Positions 18,346-28,278 of a stretch of DNA of 40,507 nucleotides are shown one piece after another (positions within the stretch are counted from its first letter, which is position 1; every line of letters begins with the position of its first letter). The position numbers were made by a program, and so were the translations under genes. The notes under the pieces are model-generated. The model was not told where the DNA came from and searched no databases. It saw only the letters and a program-made list of their open reading frames with translations. Origin of the DNA: Actinomycetota bacterium (GTDB taxonomy: Bacteria; Actinomycetota; Acidimicrobiia; IMCC26256; VFJJ01); the NCBI GenBank assembly GCA_009886115.1, contig VFJJ01000080.1, forward strand, positions 1-40,507, in the 5' to 3' direction.

Positions 18346-19562
18346 CCCATTGCGACGGCCATCCTCGGGAGCATGACTTGACCCTCAATTGGGACCCGTT
18401 CGACACGGAGATCGACACCGACCCGTACCCCGTGTGGAAGCGACTGCGCGACGAGCAGCCGCTGTACCGCAACGACGAGTACGACTTCTGGGCGCTGAGC
18501 CGATACGACGACGTGGCCGCGGCCCACCGGAGCCCGGTGGTGTTCAGCTCGGCGCACGGCACCGTGCTCGAGATCATGTCGCCCACTCCCTATCCGCCAG
18601 GCAACATCATCTTCCAGGACCCGCCGGGCCACACGACCCTGCGAGCGCTCGTGTCGAGGGCGTTCACCCCTCGACGGGTCTCGGGGCTCGAGGATCGCAT
18701 CCGCGAGCTGTGCGCCGAGCTGCTCGATCCGCTCGCCGGCTCGAGAGGATTCGACTTCATCACCGACTTCGCCCAACAGCTCCCGTCGCTGGTGATCTCC
18801 GCTCTGCTCGGTGTCCCCGACGGCGACCGCGAGGAGGTGCGCCACCACATCGATCTGGTCTTCCACATCGAGCCCGGCAAGGGCATGATCAACGACACGT
18901 CGTTCGGAGCCCAGATCTGGCTCCACGGGTACCTGTCGACGCTCCTGGCCGAGCGGCGACGATCCCCGGCCGACGATCTGCTCAGCGGCCTGGTCCAGGC
19001 CGAGATCACCGACGACGACGGCCGGCAGCGTCGCCTGACCGACGACGAAGCGGCCGGGTTCGCCAACCTGCTCGTCAGCGCCGGAACCGAGACCGTGGCG
19101 CGGCTGCTCGGATGGGCCTGCGTCGTGCTGGGAGCGCATCCCGAGCAACGCGCCCAGCTCGCCGACGATCCCGGCCTGGTGCCCGGCGCGGTCGAGGAGC
19201 TGCTGCGCTTCGAGCCGCCGTCGCCCGTCCAGGGTCGGTGGCTGACCGAGCCCGCCGAGGTGCAGGGCACCGTGTTGCCCCCCGGCTCTCGCGTGCTGCT
19301 CCTGACAGGCGCCGCGGGGCGTGACGAGCGGGCGTACGCCGATCCCGACCGCTTCGACATCCACCGGCCACAAGGCCAGCACGTGTCGCTCGGCCTCGGG
19401 ATCCACTTCTGCCTCGGCGCGGCGCTGGCCCGCATGGAGGGCCGTATAGGAATCGAGGAGGTCCTGTCCCGTTTTCCGCGCTGGGAGGTCGATATCGACC
19501 GAGCCGTCCTCCAGCACACGAGCACGGTGCGCGGCTACTCCTCGATACCTGTCCGAATCTGA
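18342..19562 (+). CDS. Cytochrome P450
   Basis: AGTETV I-helix, EELLR (ExxR) and GIHFCLG heme motif; ATGA overlap. Confidence 0.95.
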   Translation: MTHCDGHPREHDLTLNWDPFDTEIDTDPYPVWKRLRDEQPLYRNDEYDFWALSRYDDVAAAHRSPVVFSSAHGTVLEIMSPTPYPPGNIIFQDPPGHTTLRALVSRAFTPRRVSGLEDRIRELCAELLDPLAGSRGFDFITDFAQQLPSLVISALLGVPDGDREEVRHHIDLVFHIEPGKGMINDTSFGAQIWLHGYLSTLLAERRRSPADDLLSGLVQAEITDDDGRQRRLTDDEAAGFANLLVSAGTETVARLLGWACVVLGAHPEQRAQLADDPGLVPGAVEELLRFEPPSPVQGRWLTEPAEVQGTVLPPGSRVLLLTGAAGRDERAYADPDRFDIHRPQGQHVSLGLGIHFCLGAALARMEGRIGIEEVLSRFPRWEVDIDRAVLQHTSTVRGYSSIPVRI

Positions 19563-19862
19563 GAGCTCGTCGAAGGGGCCGGGATGCCTCACCTCGGGCG
19601 GCGGGGGTCGCTGGTCGAGCGGCCCCGACCATCTCGCGTATGGCGAGGAATTCTCGGGCTACGGGATCGCCGAAACCGATCTCCACCTCGAAGCGTACGA
19701 GGTCCTCGCCCTCGACGATCTGGCGGTCCATCTCATGGCCGCGGAGCTCGGCGACCGGGAGGGTCGGCAGGAGCGGGCCGTCGGGTCGACAGAGGACCCG
19801 TCGACCCTCGTCCGCCGAGCCGTGTCGACCCTGTAGGGTGCCCGTTGACGAAGGGAAACACC

Positions 19863-19979
19863 ATGCCGAGCAAGACCCCCCAAAAGCCCAACTCCGCCAA
19901 GAAGGCGGAGAAGACCCTCAAAGAGAAGCGTCAGGACAAGAAGGCCAAGTCCGAGGCCAAGAAGGGCTTGGGGATCTAG
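19863..19979 (+). CDS. Small Lys-rich basic protein (38 aa)
   Basis: MPSKTPQKPNSAKKAEKTLKEKRQDKKAKSEAKKGLGI*; purine-rich SD-like AAGGGA; nearly all Lys codons are AAG. Confidence 0.7.
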   Translation: MPSKTPQKPNSAKKAEKTLKEKRQDKKAKSEAKKGLGI

Positions 19980-20084
19980 TACCTCCCGGCGGTCCCACGA
20001 TGACCGCTGATCTCGGCGGCACCTTGCGGCACCTGGCATCGGCGCCGACGGCGCGCGCCACGGCTCCATCGTGCGCTCGTGGCT

Positions 20085-20850
20085 TCACGCGTCGGGCACC
20101 CCGAGCCGCCGGTAGCGCCCGTACAGACGACCCAGCTGCATCCTGCGGTCGGCTGTGAACTCGGCGTGATCGATATCGATCCACGATGGGTCAGCTGACG
20201 GCGCCCGACGCGTGCGTCCCTGACGCGCCACGAGCGAAGCCACTGCGGGTTTGGGCGATCCGTCAGCCCGCCAGAGTCCGAACGTGCGCTCGTGGACCGC
20301 CTCGTCGAACGGTGATCGGTCGTGGAGCGTCGTGGCGTAGTCGGTGAAGCACCAGAGCAAGGCTCCGATGCACCCGACCTCGAGCACGTTGTCGAGGACC
20401 GCCGCGGTGTACCCGGCTGCTGCGGACTCGTCGACGAGCATCGGGTGCGCAGCCGTGTCCTCCGATGCGGTGGGGAGCCCGAACTCCTCGAAGAGGACGG
20501 GCGCACCGCCGGCGAGCCAGCTCGTCACGAGGGCCAGGAACGGGACGAGATGAGGATCGGTCGGTCCACTGGCCCAGTCGGCGTAGATCGGGTACCCGTG
20601 CATGCACACGAGATCGCACCACCGGGCCGCCTCAGCCGGGCCGATGAGACGGTCCTCCTCGAGGTCCTCCATGTGGATCCCGATCGTGACCGGGCGCCCG
20701 GGGTCTCCAGCTCGGAGCGCGCCCGTCATGACCTCCAACCACCGCTCGGCCGACTCCTTGTCGGGGGGAAGCGTGCAGTTGGAGTTCTCGTTGCCCAGGT
20801 CCCATGTCCACACCGCCGGATGACCGCTGAGGACGTTGGCCGCAGCGGTT
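20085..20850 (-). pseudogene. Clan GH-A (GH5/mannanase-like) glycoside hydrolase, C-terminal half only
   Basis: HPAVWTWDLGNE (acid/base), MHGYP, VLFEEFG (nucleophile), ALLWCFTD and ERTFGL. The N-terminal half is replaced by an oppositely oriented fragment. Confidence 0.7.
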
Positions 20851-21228
20851 TGGCTGTGCGACATCGAGACACGACACGGGCATTTTTCTGTGACACCGGT
20901 CGGCGGGTGGACGCTCGGTGAAGCCCGTCCCGGGTTCGACCAACAGCCCATCGAGGTCGCCGCGCTCGCCGACGCCTTTGCCAGCGCTTTCGACGTGACC
21001 GGTGACCCGCGCTGGGTACGACACGTCGAGCGCGCCCAGGCCTGGTTCCTCGGTGAAAACGACGTCGGTACACCGCTGTTCGATCCTGCGACCGGTGGCG
21101 GTTGCGACGGCCTCGAAAGGAACGGCGCCAACCGCAATCAAGGTGCCGAGTCGACGCTGGCACTGGTGTCGACCTTCCAGCAGGCTCGGAGACTCCGTGA
21201 TCCGCACGGTGGTGACGAGGGTGGATGA
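20851..21228 (+). pseudogene. C-terminal fragment of the glycosyltransferase-associated protein that usually precedes actinobacterial GH130 genes
   Basis: GFDQQPIE...AWFLGEND...TGGGCDGL...NRNQGAESTLA motifs; no 5' part. Confidence 0.65.
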
Positions 21229-22133
21229 TCTCGTTGCTCGACACGCCATGCTCGGGGTGAGAACCTCGCCGCACACAATCCGGGCCGATCCCCGGCGGGT
21301 CCTGGCCAAGCTGTTCGTCGCCGGCGACGAGATGATGGCCGGCGGAGAATCGCGAGCGACCCTCGTCATCAACCGAGTGCTGGCGCTCTCGGAGTCCGAG
21401 GTCGCGACGGCACTCGACGAGGTGACCGAGGCCTTCTCGAGCCGGCACCGAGATCTCCACGTTCTGTTCGATCAGCATTTCTCGGTCGTAGCCCATCGGC
21501 TGTCGAAGGGTGTCGAGCATCGAGTTCAGGACTGGAGAGATCGGTCCGGGAGGGACCCTCACGCTCGACGATCCCGGGCCCTATCTCGTGGCGGGCACCC
21601 CGGTCGAACCGGTGTTCGATCGCGCACTCTTTCAGCGGGCGCTCGACGAGCTGGCGGCACACAGCGAGGACACGGCGTTCGTCATCGAGACGCTCCCCCG
21701 AACCTTCGGCCGTGTCGAGCTCGATCAGGTGCTGGCGCTCTTGCGCTCCCACCAGGTCACCCGGCCGTCGGCACTCCTGACGACCGCGCACGAGCCGTGG
21801 GAGCTGATCCAGATCGGCAATTGCGGATCACCCATCGAAACGCCCGAAGGCTGGCTCGTGCTCACACACGGGGTGGGTCCGATGCGGGTGTATTCGATGG
21901 GTGCCGTGCTGCTCGACCTCCACGATCCGTGTCGGGTCATCGGCCGGCTGCCACGGCCGTGGCTCACCCCGACCGGGGCCGAGCGCGACGGCTACGTGCC
22001 CAATGTCGTTTACTCGTGCGGTGCGCTGGTCCACGATGACACGTTGGTGGTGCCCTACGGGAGCAGCGACGCCGCGGTCGGCATTGCCTACGTGGCCCTT
22101 CCCGAGCTCCTGGCTGCACTACGCGCCAACTGA
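21221..22133 (+). pseudogene. GH130-family glycosidase/phosphorylase with internal deletions and a frameshift
   Basis: N-terminus ADPRRVLAKLF...FSSRHRDL...VAHRL; frameshift ~21505 into SSIEFRTG; then an abrupt jump (~21770) to PWELIQIGNCGSPIET...THGVGPMR...GYVPNVVYSCG. The central catalytic blades are missing. Confidence 0.72.
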
Positions 22134-22209
22134 CGTTGCCCCGGGCCGTGCCCCGCTCGGATACCGTCATCGCTCCAGCGTGGCGGCGGCCGCGAACCGA
22201 GGAGGTGTC

Positions 22210-23058
22210 GTGTCTTCGAGCCATGTTCTGACGCTCACGTGTCCCGACCGCCCAGGCATCGTGCACGCCGTGTGCGCCGCGCTCCTCGAGGTGGGCGGCA
22301 ACATCGTCGAGAACGCTCAGTTCGGCGATGTCGACACGTCCACGTTCTGCATGCGGACGGTGTTCGATGCCGACACCGAGGATCCGACCGTGATCACCGC
22401 CGCGATCCGCCGACACCTCGCCGATCCCGGAGCATCGCTACGCGTTCGCTCGACAGGGCACCGCCCTCGCATCCTCGTCATGGTTTCGAAGTACGACCAT
22501 TGCCTGGTCGATCTGCTGTACCGCTGGCGGAGCGGCTCGGTGCCCGTCGAGCTCTCGGCCGTGGTCTCGAACCACGACGACTGCCGCGGGCTGGTCGAGA
22601 GTCATGGCATCACCTACCACCATCTCCCGGTCACAGCGGCGACCAAGGCCATACAGGAGGGCGCTGTCTTGCAGCTGGTCAACGACATGGGGATCGAGCT
22701 GGTCGTGTTGGCTCGCTACATGCAGATCCTGAGCAACGACCTGTGCTCCCGGCTCGCGGGCCGAGCCATCAACATCCACCACTCGTTCCTTCCCGGGTTC
22801 AAGGGGGCTCGGCCCTATCACCAAGCGCACGATCGCGGTGTCAAGCTCGTGGGGGCAACCGCGCATTTCGTGACTGCCGATCTCGACGAAGGGCCCATCA
22901 TCGACCAGGACGTCGTCCGGGTCGACCACGCCCACACCGTCGAACAGCTCACGAGCCTGGGCCAGGACGTCGAGCGGATGGTGCTCTCGCGGGCCGTGCG
23001 GCTCTGGGCTGAGGACCGGATCCTCCTGGTGGGGCACAAGACCGTCGTCTTCCCCTGA
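22210..23058 (+). CDS. purU: Formyltetrahydrofolate deformylase
   Basis: ACT domain CPDRPGIV, VSKYDHCL, LARYMQILS, INIHHSFLPGFKGARPY and DLDEGPII; GGAGG SD before GTG 22210. Confidence 0.96.
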   Translation: MSSSHVLTLTCPDRPGIVHAVCAALLEVGGNIVENAQFGDVDTSTFCMRTVFDADTEDPTVITAAIRRHLADPGASLRVRSTGHRPRILVMVSKYDHCLVDLLYRWRSGSVPVELSAVVSNHDDCRGLVESHGITYHHLPVTAATKAIQEGAVLQLVNDMGIELVVLARYMQILSNDLCSRLAGRAINIHHSFLPGFKGARPYHQAHDRGVKLVGATAHFVTADLDEGPIIDQDVVRVDHAHTVEQLTSLGQDVERMVLSRAVRLWAEDRILLVGHKTVVFP

Positions 23059-23115
23059 TGCGTCGAGCCTGATGCCGCGCGGGGCCTCAGGGAAACGCGC
23101 GCCGACGTGACGCTG

Positions 23116-25500
23116 TCACCGCTCGACGGGGATGACACCCATCAGCTCGAGCACCCGTGAGGGCGGGAGGTACTGCTCGACGACCTTGGCGTTCCAAGGG
23201 CTGAGGGCATCCTCGACCGCGGAGCACACCGCGGCGGGCGCCCCGATGGCGCCGCCCTCGCCCACGCCCCGAAAGTTGACCTCCTGGGTCACGACCGTTG
23301 CGTCGACGTGGTGGATCTCGATGGATGGGATCTCCATCGAGCTCGGGATGAGATAGTCCATGAACGTGCCGGCCTTGAACGTACCGTCGTCGTCGTACGC
23401 CGAGTGCTCGTACAACACCTCGCCGATCCCTTGCGCGATACCGCCCCGGATCTGCCCCTCGACGATCGCCGGGTTGATCACATCACCGCAATCTTCGACG
23501 ACGACATACCGCAGCACCTTCACGACGCCGGTCTCGGGGTCGACCTCCACGAAGCAGCTGTGCACAGATTGGGTCCAGCCGCCGTCGCCGGCGCGGAAGT
23601 CGAACGTGGCCTCGATCCCGGGGTTGCGGCCGGGCGGCAGGTACTGGGGAGCCAGCCACGCGGTCATCGCCACCTGGGCCAGCGGCATGGCCTTGTCGGG
23701 GCTGCCCTTCACCCGCGCGACGCCGTCGACCACCTCGATATCTGTCGGATTCGCCTCGAGCATGTGGGCCACGATCTCGGCCACCTGGTCGCGCACGGCC
23801 CTCGCCACGCCGATCACCGAGCCGCTCGCCACGGTGGCCGATCGCGAGCCGCCCGTCCCCATCATCGAGAACGGGGCAGTACGCGAGTCGCTGTGGATCA
23901 CACGTACCGCGCTCATGGAGACGCCGAGCTCGTCGGCCGCGAGCTGGGCAAGAGTCGTCTCGTGCCCCTGCCCGTGGGGCGCCTGGCTGGTATAGACCGA
24001 CAGCGTGCCGTCGACCTCGAGCCGGGCCGTCGCCCGCTCGGGCGGGAGCGTGAAGCCGATCGACGGTCCGTAGTCGGGCGGCCCCGGCGCGGGCTCGATG
24101 AACGACACGACCCCGAGGCCGAGCACGCGCCCGGGCTGCCCGGGCTGCCCGGGCTGGGCGACCGCGCGGCGGGCCCGCTCGGACGCTTGCTCGGCCCTGA
24201 ACCCGGCCCAGTCGGCAACCCGTTCCGCCTTGTCGAGCGCCGCACGGAGCGTGATCCCCGCCAGCGTCGGTCCGGCCGGGAGCTTGCAGGGAAAAGCATC
24301 GGCCGCGAGCAGGTTGCGGCGACGTACCTCGACCGGGTCGAGACCCAGCTCCCGCGCGATGCGATCGAGAACCCGTTCGCGCACCCAGGTCTCGATCGCC
24401 CACGGCCCGCGGTACGCAACATAGGGGGCCTTGTTGGTGAACACGGCCCGGTGGCGGAACGAGTAGTCGGCGATGTCGTACGCACCGGGGACGAGCACCC
24501 GGGCCAGGGTCCCGACAAGGGTGGTGATGGGCGCCGAGGCGATGGGGTACGCGCCGCCGGCGAGCACCATGTCGAGCCGCAGCCCCCTGATCCGCCCGTC
24601 GGCGTCGAACGCGACCTGCGCGGTCACGGTCTCTTCGCGGGCCTGACCGCCGACAGAGAGGTTCTCGGTTCTGTCTTCGATCCACTTGATTGGGCGGCCG
24701 GCGAGCGCCTTGGCGGCCCCGCACACGGCCAGCTCCTCGTGTCCGATCGAGGACTTCTGGCCGAACGATCCGCCGACGTCGCCGAGGACCACGTCGACGT
24801 TGGTCGCAGGGAGCGACAGCGCAGTGCTGATCACGAACCGGGCCATCTGCGTGCCCTGCAAGGTCCCCATGTACGTGAAGTGGTTCCGGCCGGGCTCGTA
24901 GGTCGCGATGACACCTCGCGTCTCCATGGGGCAGTTGGTGATCCGGTGTTGCACGAACGTCTCGTTGATCGTGTGGGCGGCCGCGGCGAACGCGGCATCG
25001 GGATCGCCGTAGGTGGCCGCTTCCTCGTAGAGGACGTTGCTGTCGAGGTCGTCCCAGATCCTGGGCCCATCGGGCGCCAGGGCCCGCTCGATCGAGCCGA
25101 TACCGGCGAGCTCCTCGTACTCGACCTCGACCAACTCGCAGGCGTCCTCGGCGACGGCCCGGGACTCGGCGATCACCAACGCCACGGGGTCGCCAACCAT
25201 GCGCACCTTGTCGGTGGCCAGGCACGTGAAGCGGGGACAGCTCATTCCCGGCGGACCCTGGGTGACGATCGGAGCGATGTGCGGTCCGAGTTCGGCCCCT
25301 GTGAAGACGGCGATCACACCCGGATGGGCTCGTGCAGCGGTGGTGTCGATCGAGTGCACCCGGGCATGGGCGAAGGGGCTGCGGACGAACGCCGCGTGGC
25401 CGAGCCCCGGCGGATTGCGATCATCGATGTAGTTCCCGCCTCCGGTCAAGATCCGAGGGTCCTCGACCCTCGTGACGCGGGTTCCCGTGAATCGCTGCAC
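23116..25500 (-). CDS. Xanthine dehydrogenase-family molybdopterin-binding large subunit (CoxL-like)
   Basis: RVEDPRILTG, VRSPFAHA, GGSFGQK, AYRGPW, GQGHETT, GQIRGG and GVGEGG. GTG start at 25500, just after the small-subunit stop. Confidence 0.92.
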   Translation of the reverse strand: MQRFTGTRVTRVEDPRILTGGGNYIDDRNPPGLGHAAFVRSPFAHARVHSIDTTAARAHPGVIAVFTGAELGPHIAPIVTQGPPGMSCPRFTCLATDKVRMVGDPVALVIAESRAVAEDACELVEVEYEELAGIGSIERALAPDGPRIWDDLDSNVLYEEAATYGDPDAAFAAAAHTINETFVQHRITNCPMETRGVIATYEPGRNHFTYMGTLQGTQMARFVISTALSLPATNVDVVLGDVGGSFGQKSSIGHEELAVCGAAKALAGRPIKWIEDRTENLSVGGQAREETVTAQVAFDADGRIRGLRLDMVLAGGAYPIASAPITTLVGTLARVLVPGAYDIADYSFRHRAVFTNKAPYVAYRGPWAIETWVRERVLDRIARELGLDPVEVRRRNLLAADAFPCKLPAGPTLAGITLRAALDKAERVADWAGFRAEQASERARRAVAQPGQPGQPGRVLGLGVVSFIEPAPGPPDYGPSIGFTLPPERATARLEVDGTLSVYTSQAPHGQGHETTLAQLAADELGVSMSAVRVIHSDSRTAPFSMMGTGGSRSATVASGSVIGVARAVRDQVAEIVAHMLEANPTDIEVVDGVARVKGSPDKAMPLAQVAMTAWLAPQYLPPGRNPGIEATFDFRAGDGGWTQSVHSCFVEVDPETGVVKVLRYVVVEDCGDVINPAIVEGQIRGGIAQGIGEVLYEHSAYDDDGTFKAGTFMDYLIPSSMEIPSIEIHHVDATVVTQEVNFRGVGEGGAIGAPAAVCSAVEDALSPWNAKVVEQYLPPSRVLELMGVIPVER

Positions 25501-25501
25501 C

Positions 25502-26074
25502 TCAGGCCCCCGCGCTCTCGGACGTGATCTCCCAGGCGCGGCGGACGCCATCGACGATCGACTGGTATCCCGTGCACCGACAGAGGTTCCCCGACAGCGC
25601 CTCGCGGATCTCGTCGTCGGACGGCGCTCTGCCGTCGGGGACCTCCGCGGTCTGCCCCCGCCGGGCCAGATAGGCGGTGATCGCCATCAAGAAACCCGGT
25701 GTGCAGAATCCGCACTGGAAGCTCATGGCGTCCAGGCAACCCTGTTGCACGGGATGCATGTCGGCGACCGAGCCCAGTCCCTCGACGGTCGTGACGGCCA
25801 TTTCCCGGGCCTGCACGGCGAGCATCAGGCACGAGCGCACGGGATCGCCGTCGACGAGCACGGTGCAGGCGCCGCAGACGCCCTGCTCACATCCCAGGTG
25901 GGTGGCGGTGAGCCCAAGATCGTCGCGAAGCCAGTCGGCCAATGTGCGCCGGGGTTCGACGGTCGTGCTCCGACGCGTCCCGTTGACGGTGGCGTTGACC
26001 GTGACCGTGAGGTCGGGCGACTCGTCCGGCGGGGTGTGGGGGGTGTGGGGGGTCTGGAGCTCAGCGGGCGGCAT
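25502..26074 (-). CDS. 2Fe-2S small subunit (CoxS-like)
   Basis: GCEQGVCGACTV...SC, QCGFC and NLCRCTGY; AAGGAGG SD. Confidence 0.93.
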   Translation of the reverse strand: MPPAELQTPHTPHTPPDESPDLTVTVNATVNGTRRSTTVEPRRTLADWLRDDLGLTATHLGCEQGVCGACTVLVDGDPVRSCLMLAVQAREMAVTTVEGLGSVADMHPVQQGCLDAMSFQCGFCTPGFLMAITAYLARRGQTAEVPDGRAPSDDEIREALSGNLCRCTGYQSIVDGVRRAWEITSESAGA

Positions 26075-26930
26075 CGACGGCCTCCTTGACCACTCGCTCG
26101 GTGAGCACACCGGCGATGTGGCGCCGATACGCGGCGCTGGCGTGCACGTCACCCGACGGTTCGAGACCGGCTCGAGCCACGGCGGCCATCTCGGCGATGG
26201 CTGCGATCGTGGGCTCGTGGCCGACGAGCATCCGCTCGGCCTCGGTCGCCCTCACGGGCGTGCCAGCGACGCCGGTGAACGCCAGGCGGGAGTCGGTGAC
26301 CAGGCCGGTACCCGGATCGAGCTGCACCACCGCGCCCGCGCCCACGATGGCGAAGTCGCCGTGACGTCGGGCGATCTCCTGGAACCCTGCGCCCGTGCCC
26401 GGGAGCCAGGCCGGGAGCCGGAGCTCGACGAGGAGCTCTTGGGGCTGGGCCGCGGTGGTGAGGAAGCCTTCGAAGAACTCGGCTGCGGGAACCGTCCGCT
26501 CGCCGCCGGAGGCCGATCGCAGCACCATCTCGGCCTCGAGCAGCAGCATCACCGCCGGGAGCTCGGCGGCGGGGTCGGCGTGGGCAACGCTGCCTCCGAT
26601 GGTGCCCCGGTTCCGGATGGGGCCATGGCCGATGAACGGAATCGCCTTGCCCAGCAAGGGGTTGGCTGTCCTGAGCTCTGCTGAACGCTCGACCGCGCAT
26701 TGGCGGACGGTCGCCCCGATGCGGGTACTCCCGTTCAGGAAGATCTGGCCGAGCTCGGCGATGCGGGCGATGTCGACGAGCCGCGCTGGACGGGCCAACC
26801 GCATGCTCAGCAACGGGATGAGGCTCTGTCCGCCAGCGAGGACCTTGGCCTCGTCGCCGTGCTCATCCAGGAGGCCCAAGGCCTCGTCGATCGTCTCGGG
26901 CGCATCGTACGCGAAGGGCGGCGGCTTCAT
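26061..26930 (-). CDS. FAD-binding medium subunit (CoxM-like)
   Basis: [41 protein letters not shown]. Confidence 0.93.
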   Translation of the reverse strand: MKPPPFAYDAPETIDEALGLLDEHGDEAKVLAGGQSLIPLLSMRLARPARLVDIARIAELGQIFLNGSTRIGATVRQCAVERSAELRTANPLLGKAIPFIGHGPIRNRGTIGGSVAHADPAAELPAVMLLLEAEMVLRSASGGERTVPAAEFFEGFLTTAAQPQELLVELRLPAWLPGTGAGFQEIARRHGDFAIVGAGAVVQLDPGTGLVTDSRLAFTGVAGTPVRATEAERMLVGHEPTIAAIAEMAAVARAGLEPSGDVHASAAYRRHIAGVLTERVVKEAVDAAR

Positions 26931-27038
26931 CGCGGCAGCCTTGCACGCCCGCCGGAGCTGCGCCCGGCATGAGAGCTCCCGCACGCCGCGACGGCGGAGG
27001 CGCTTGCAGTTGTCGTCGGCGCACGACAGCATGCGGCC

Positions 27039-27806
27039 ATGGCTGCTCTCGTGCTCACTCCCACCACCGGCGTCGTCATATCGGGCGGAGCGTCAGGCAT
27101 CGGTCTCGCAACCGCTCATGCTCTCGCTCAGGTCGGGAGACCCGTCGCCTGCTGGGACCTGAACGAGGAAGGGGCCACGGCCGCAGCCAAGGCCATCGCA
27201 GCCGAGCACGGGGTCGCGACCATCGGCATCGGGCTCGACGTGCGCCGGGTGGCCAGTTACGCGGAGGCCATCGACCGATCTCGCGCTGCGCTGGGCACCA
27301 TCGGCGGGTTCGTGCACTGCGCGGGCATTCCCGGCGCCGGACCCATCGACGTGATGACCGAGGAGATCTGGGACGCCACGCTCGGCATCAACCTCAAGGC
27401 CCAGGCGCTCATCAGCCAGGCGCTCCTGCCCGACCTGCGGTCGAACGCAGGCTCGGCGATCGTGGGGATCGCGTCGATCGAGGCGATCATCGGGCACGCA
27501 GCCATCCCGGCGTACTGCGCGTCGAAGGCCGGGGTGCTCGGACTGACCCGCTCGATGGCCGAGCATCTCGCCGCCGACGGCATCCGAGTGAACGCCGTGT
27601 GTCCCGGCTACATCGACACGCCCATGCTCGCGCCCGCGTTCTCCTTCGAGGGCAGCCGCGAGCGGATGATCGACGCCGCCCCCATGCGCCGGCTGGGCCA
27701 GCCCACAGACATCGCCAAGGCGGTGCGCTTCCTGCTCAGCGACGAAGCATCGTTCGTCACCGGCACCCACCTCGTCGTCGACGGAGGAACCACCGCCGTC
27801 GACTGA
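27039..27806 (+). CDS. SDR oxidoreductase
   Basis: [24 protein letters not shown]. Confidence 0.93.
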   Translation: MAALVLTPTTGVVISGGASGIGLATAHALAQVGRPVACWDLNEEGATAAAKAIAAEHGVATIGIGLDVRRVASYAEAIDRSRAALGTIGGFVHCAGIPGAGPIDVMTEEIWDATLGINLKAQALISQALLPDLRSNAGSAIVGIASIEAIIGHAAIPAYCASKAGVLGLTRSMAEHLAADGIRVNAVCPGYIDTPMLAPAFSFEGSRERMIDAAPMRRLGQPTDIAKAVRFLLSDEASFVTGTHLVVDGGTTAVD

Positions 27807-27811
27807 GGTTT

Positions 27812-27930
27812 CCCCACGGGAACGGAAAACCCTTCCCGGTGGGGTCTCGTCGACAGCGTTCGAAAGCCCGCGGAGGGGGGACGAGAGCGCACCAGCGCGC
27901 GCGGCCTTGCGGAAGAACCCCCTCCACGGG
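27812..27930. terminator. Two GC-rich stem-loops between convergent genes (terminator or REP-like)
   Basis: CCCCAC-GGGAA...TTCCC-GGTGGGG (27812-27844) and CCCGCGGAGGGGG...CCCCCTCCACGGG (27867-27930). Confidence 0.45.
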
Positions 27931-27946
27931 TCCCCATCGCACGCGG

Positions 27947-28175
<229 letters not shown>

Positions 28176-28183
28176 GAGCGCCA

Positions 28184-28230
28184 CCGCAGACGACAGTGCT
28201 CGCTGCCGCAGACGACAGTGCTCGCTGCCG
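28184..28230. repeat. 22-bp perfect tandem duplication at the UvrA truncation point
   Basis: CCGCAGACGACAGTGCTCGCTG at 28184-28205 and 28206-28227. Confidence 0.85.
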
Positions 28231-28278
28231 GCTGCACCGCCGAGACACCAACTGACCGTCGTCTCGACCGCGAGACCG

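Noticed and set aside
23116..25500. Aerobic CO dehydrogenase (form I coxL)
   Set aside because: Lacks the Cu-binding AYxCSFR motif and the accessory cox genes.
23308..25527. Long antisense or alternative-frame ORFs (also 32318-34588, 29672-31486, 27093-28832, 18024-19592, 36533-38038)
   Set aside because: These are expected in high-GC DNA. They are Arg/Pro/Gly-rich, have no motifs and overlap well-supported genes.
28184..28230. Possible CRISPR repeats (22 bp x2)
   Set aside because: The copies are directly adjacent with no spacers, there are only two, and no cas genes are present.
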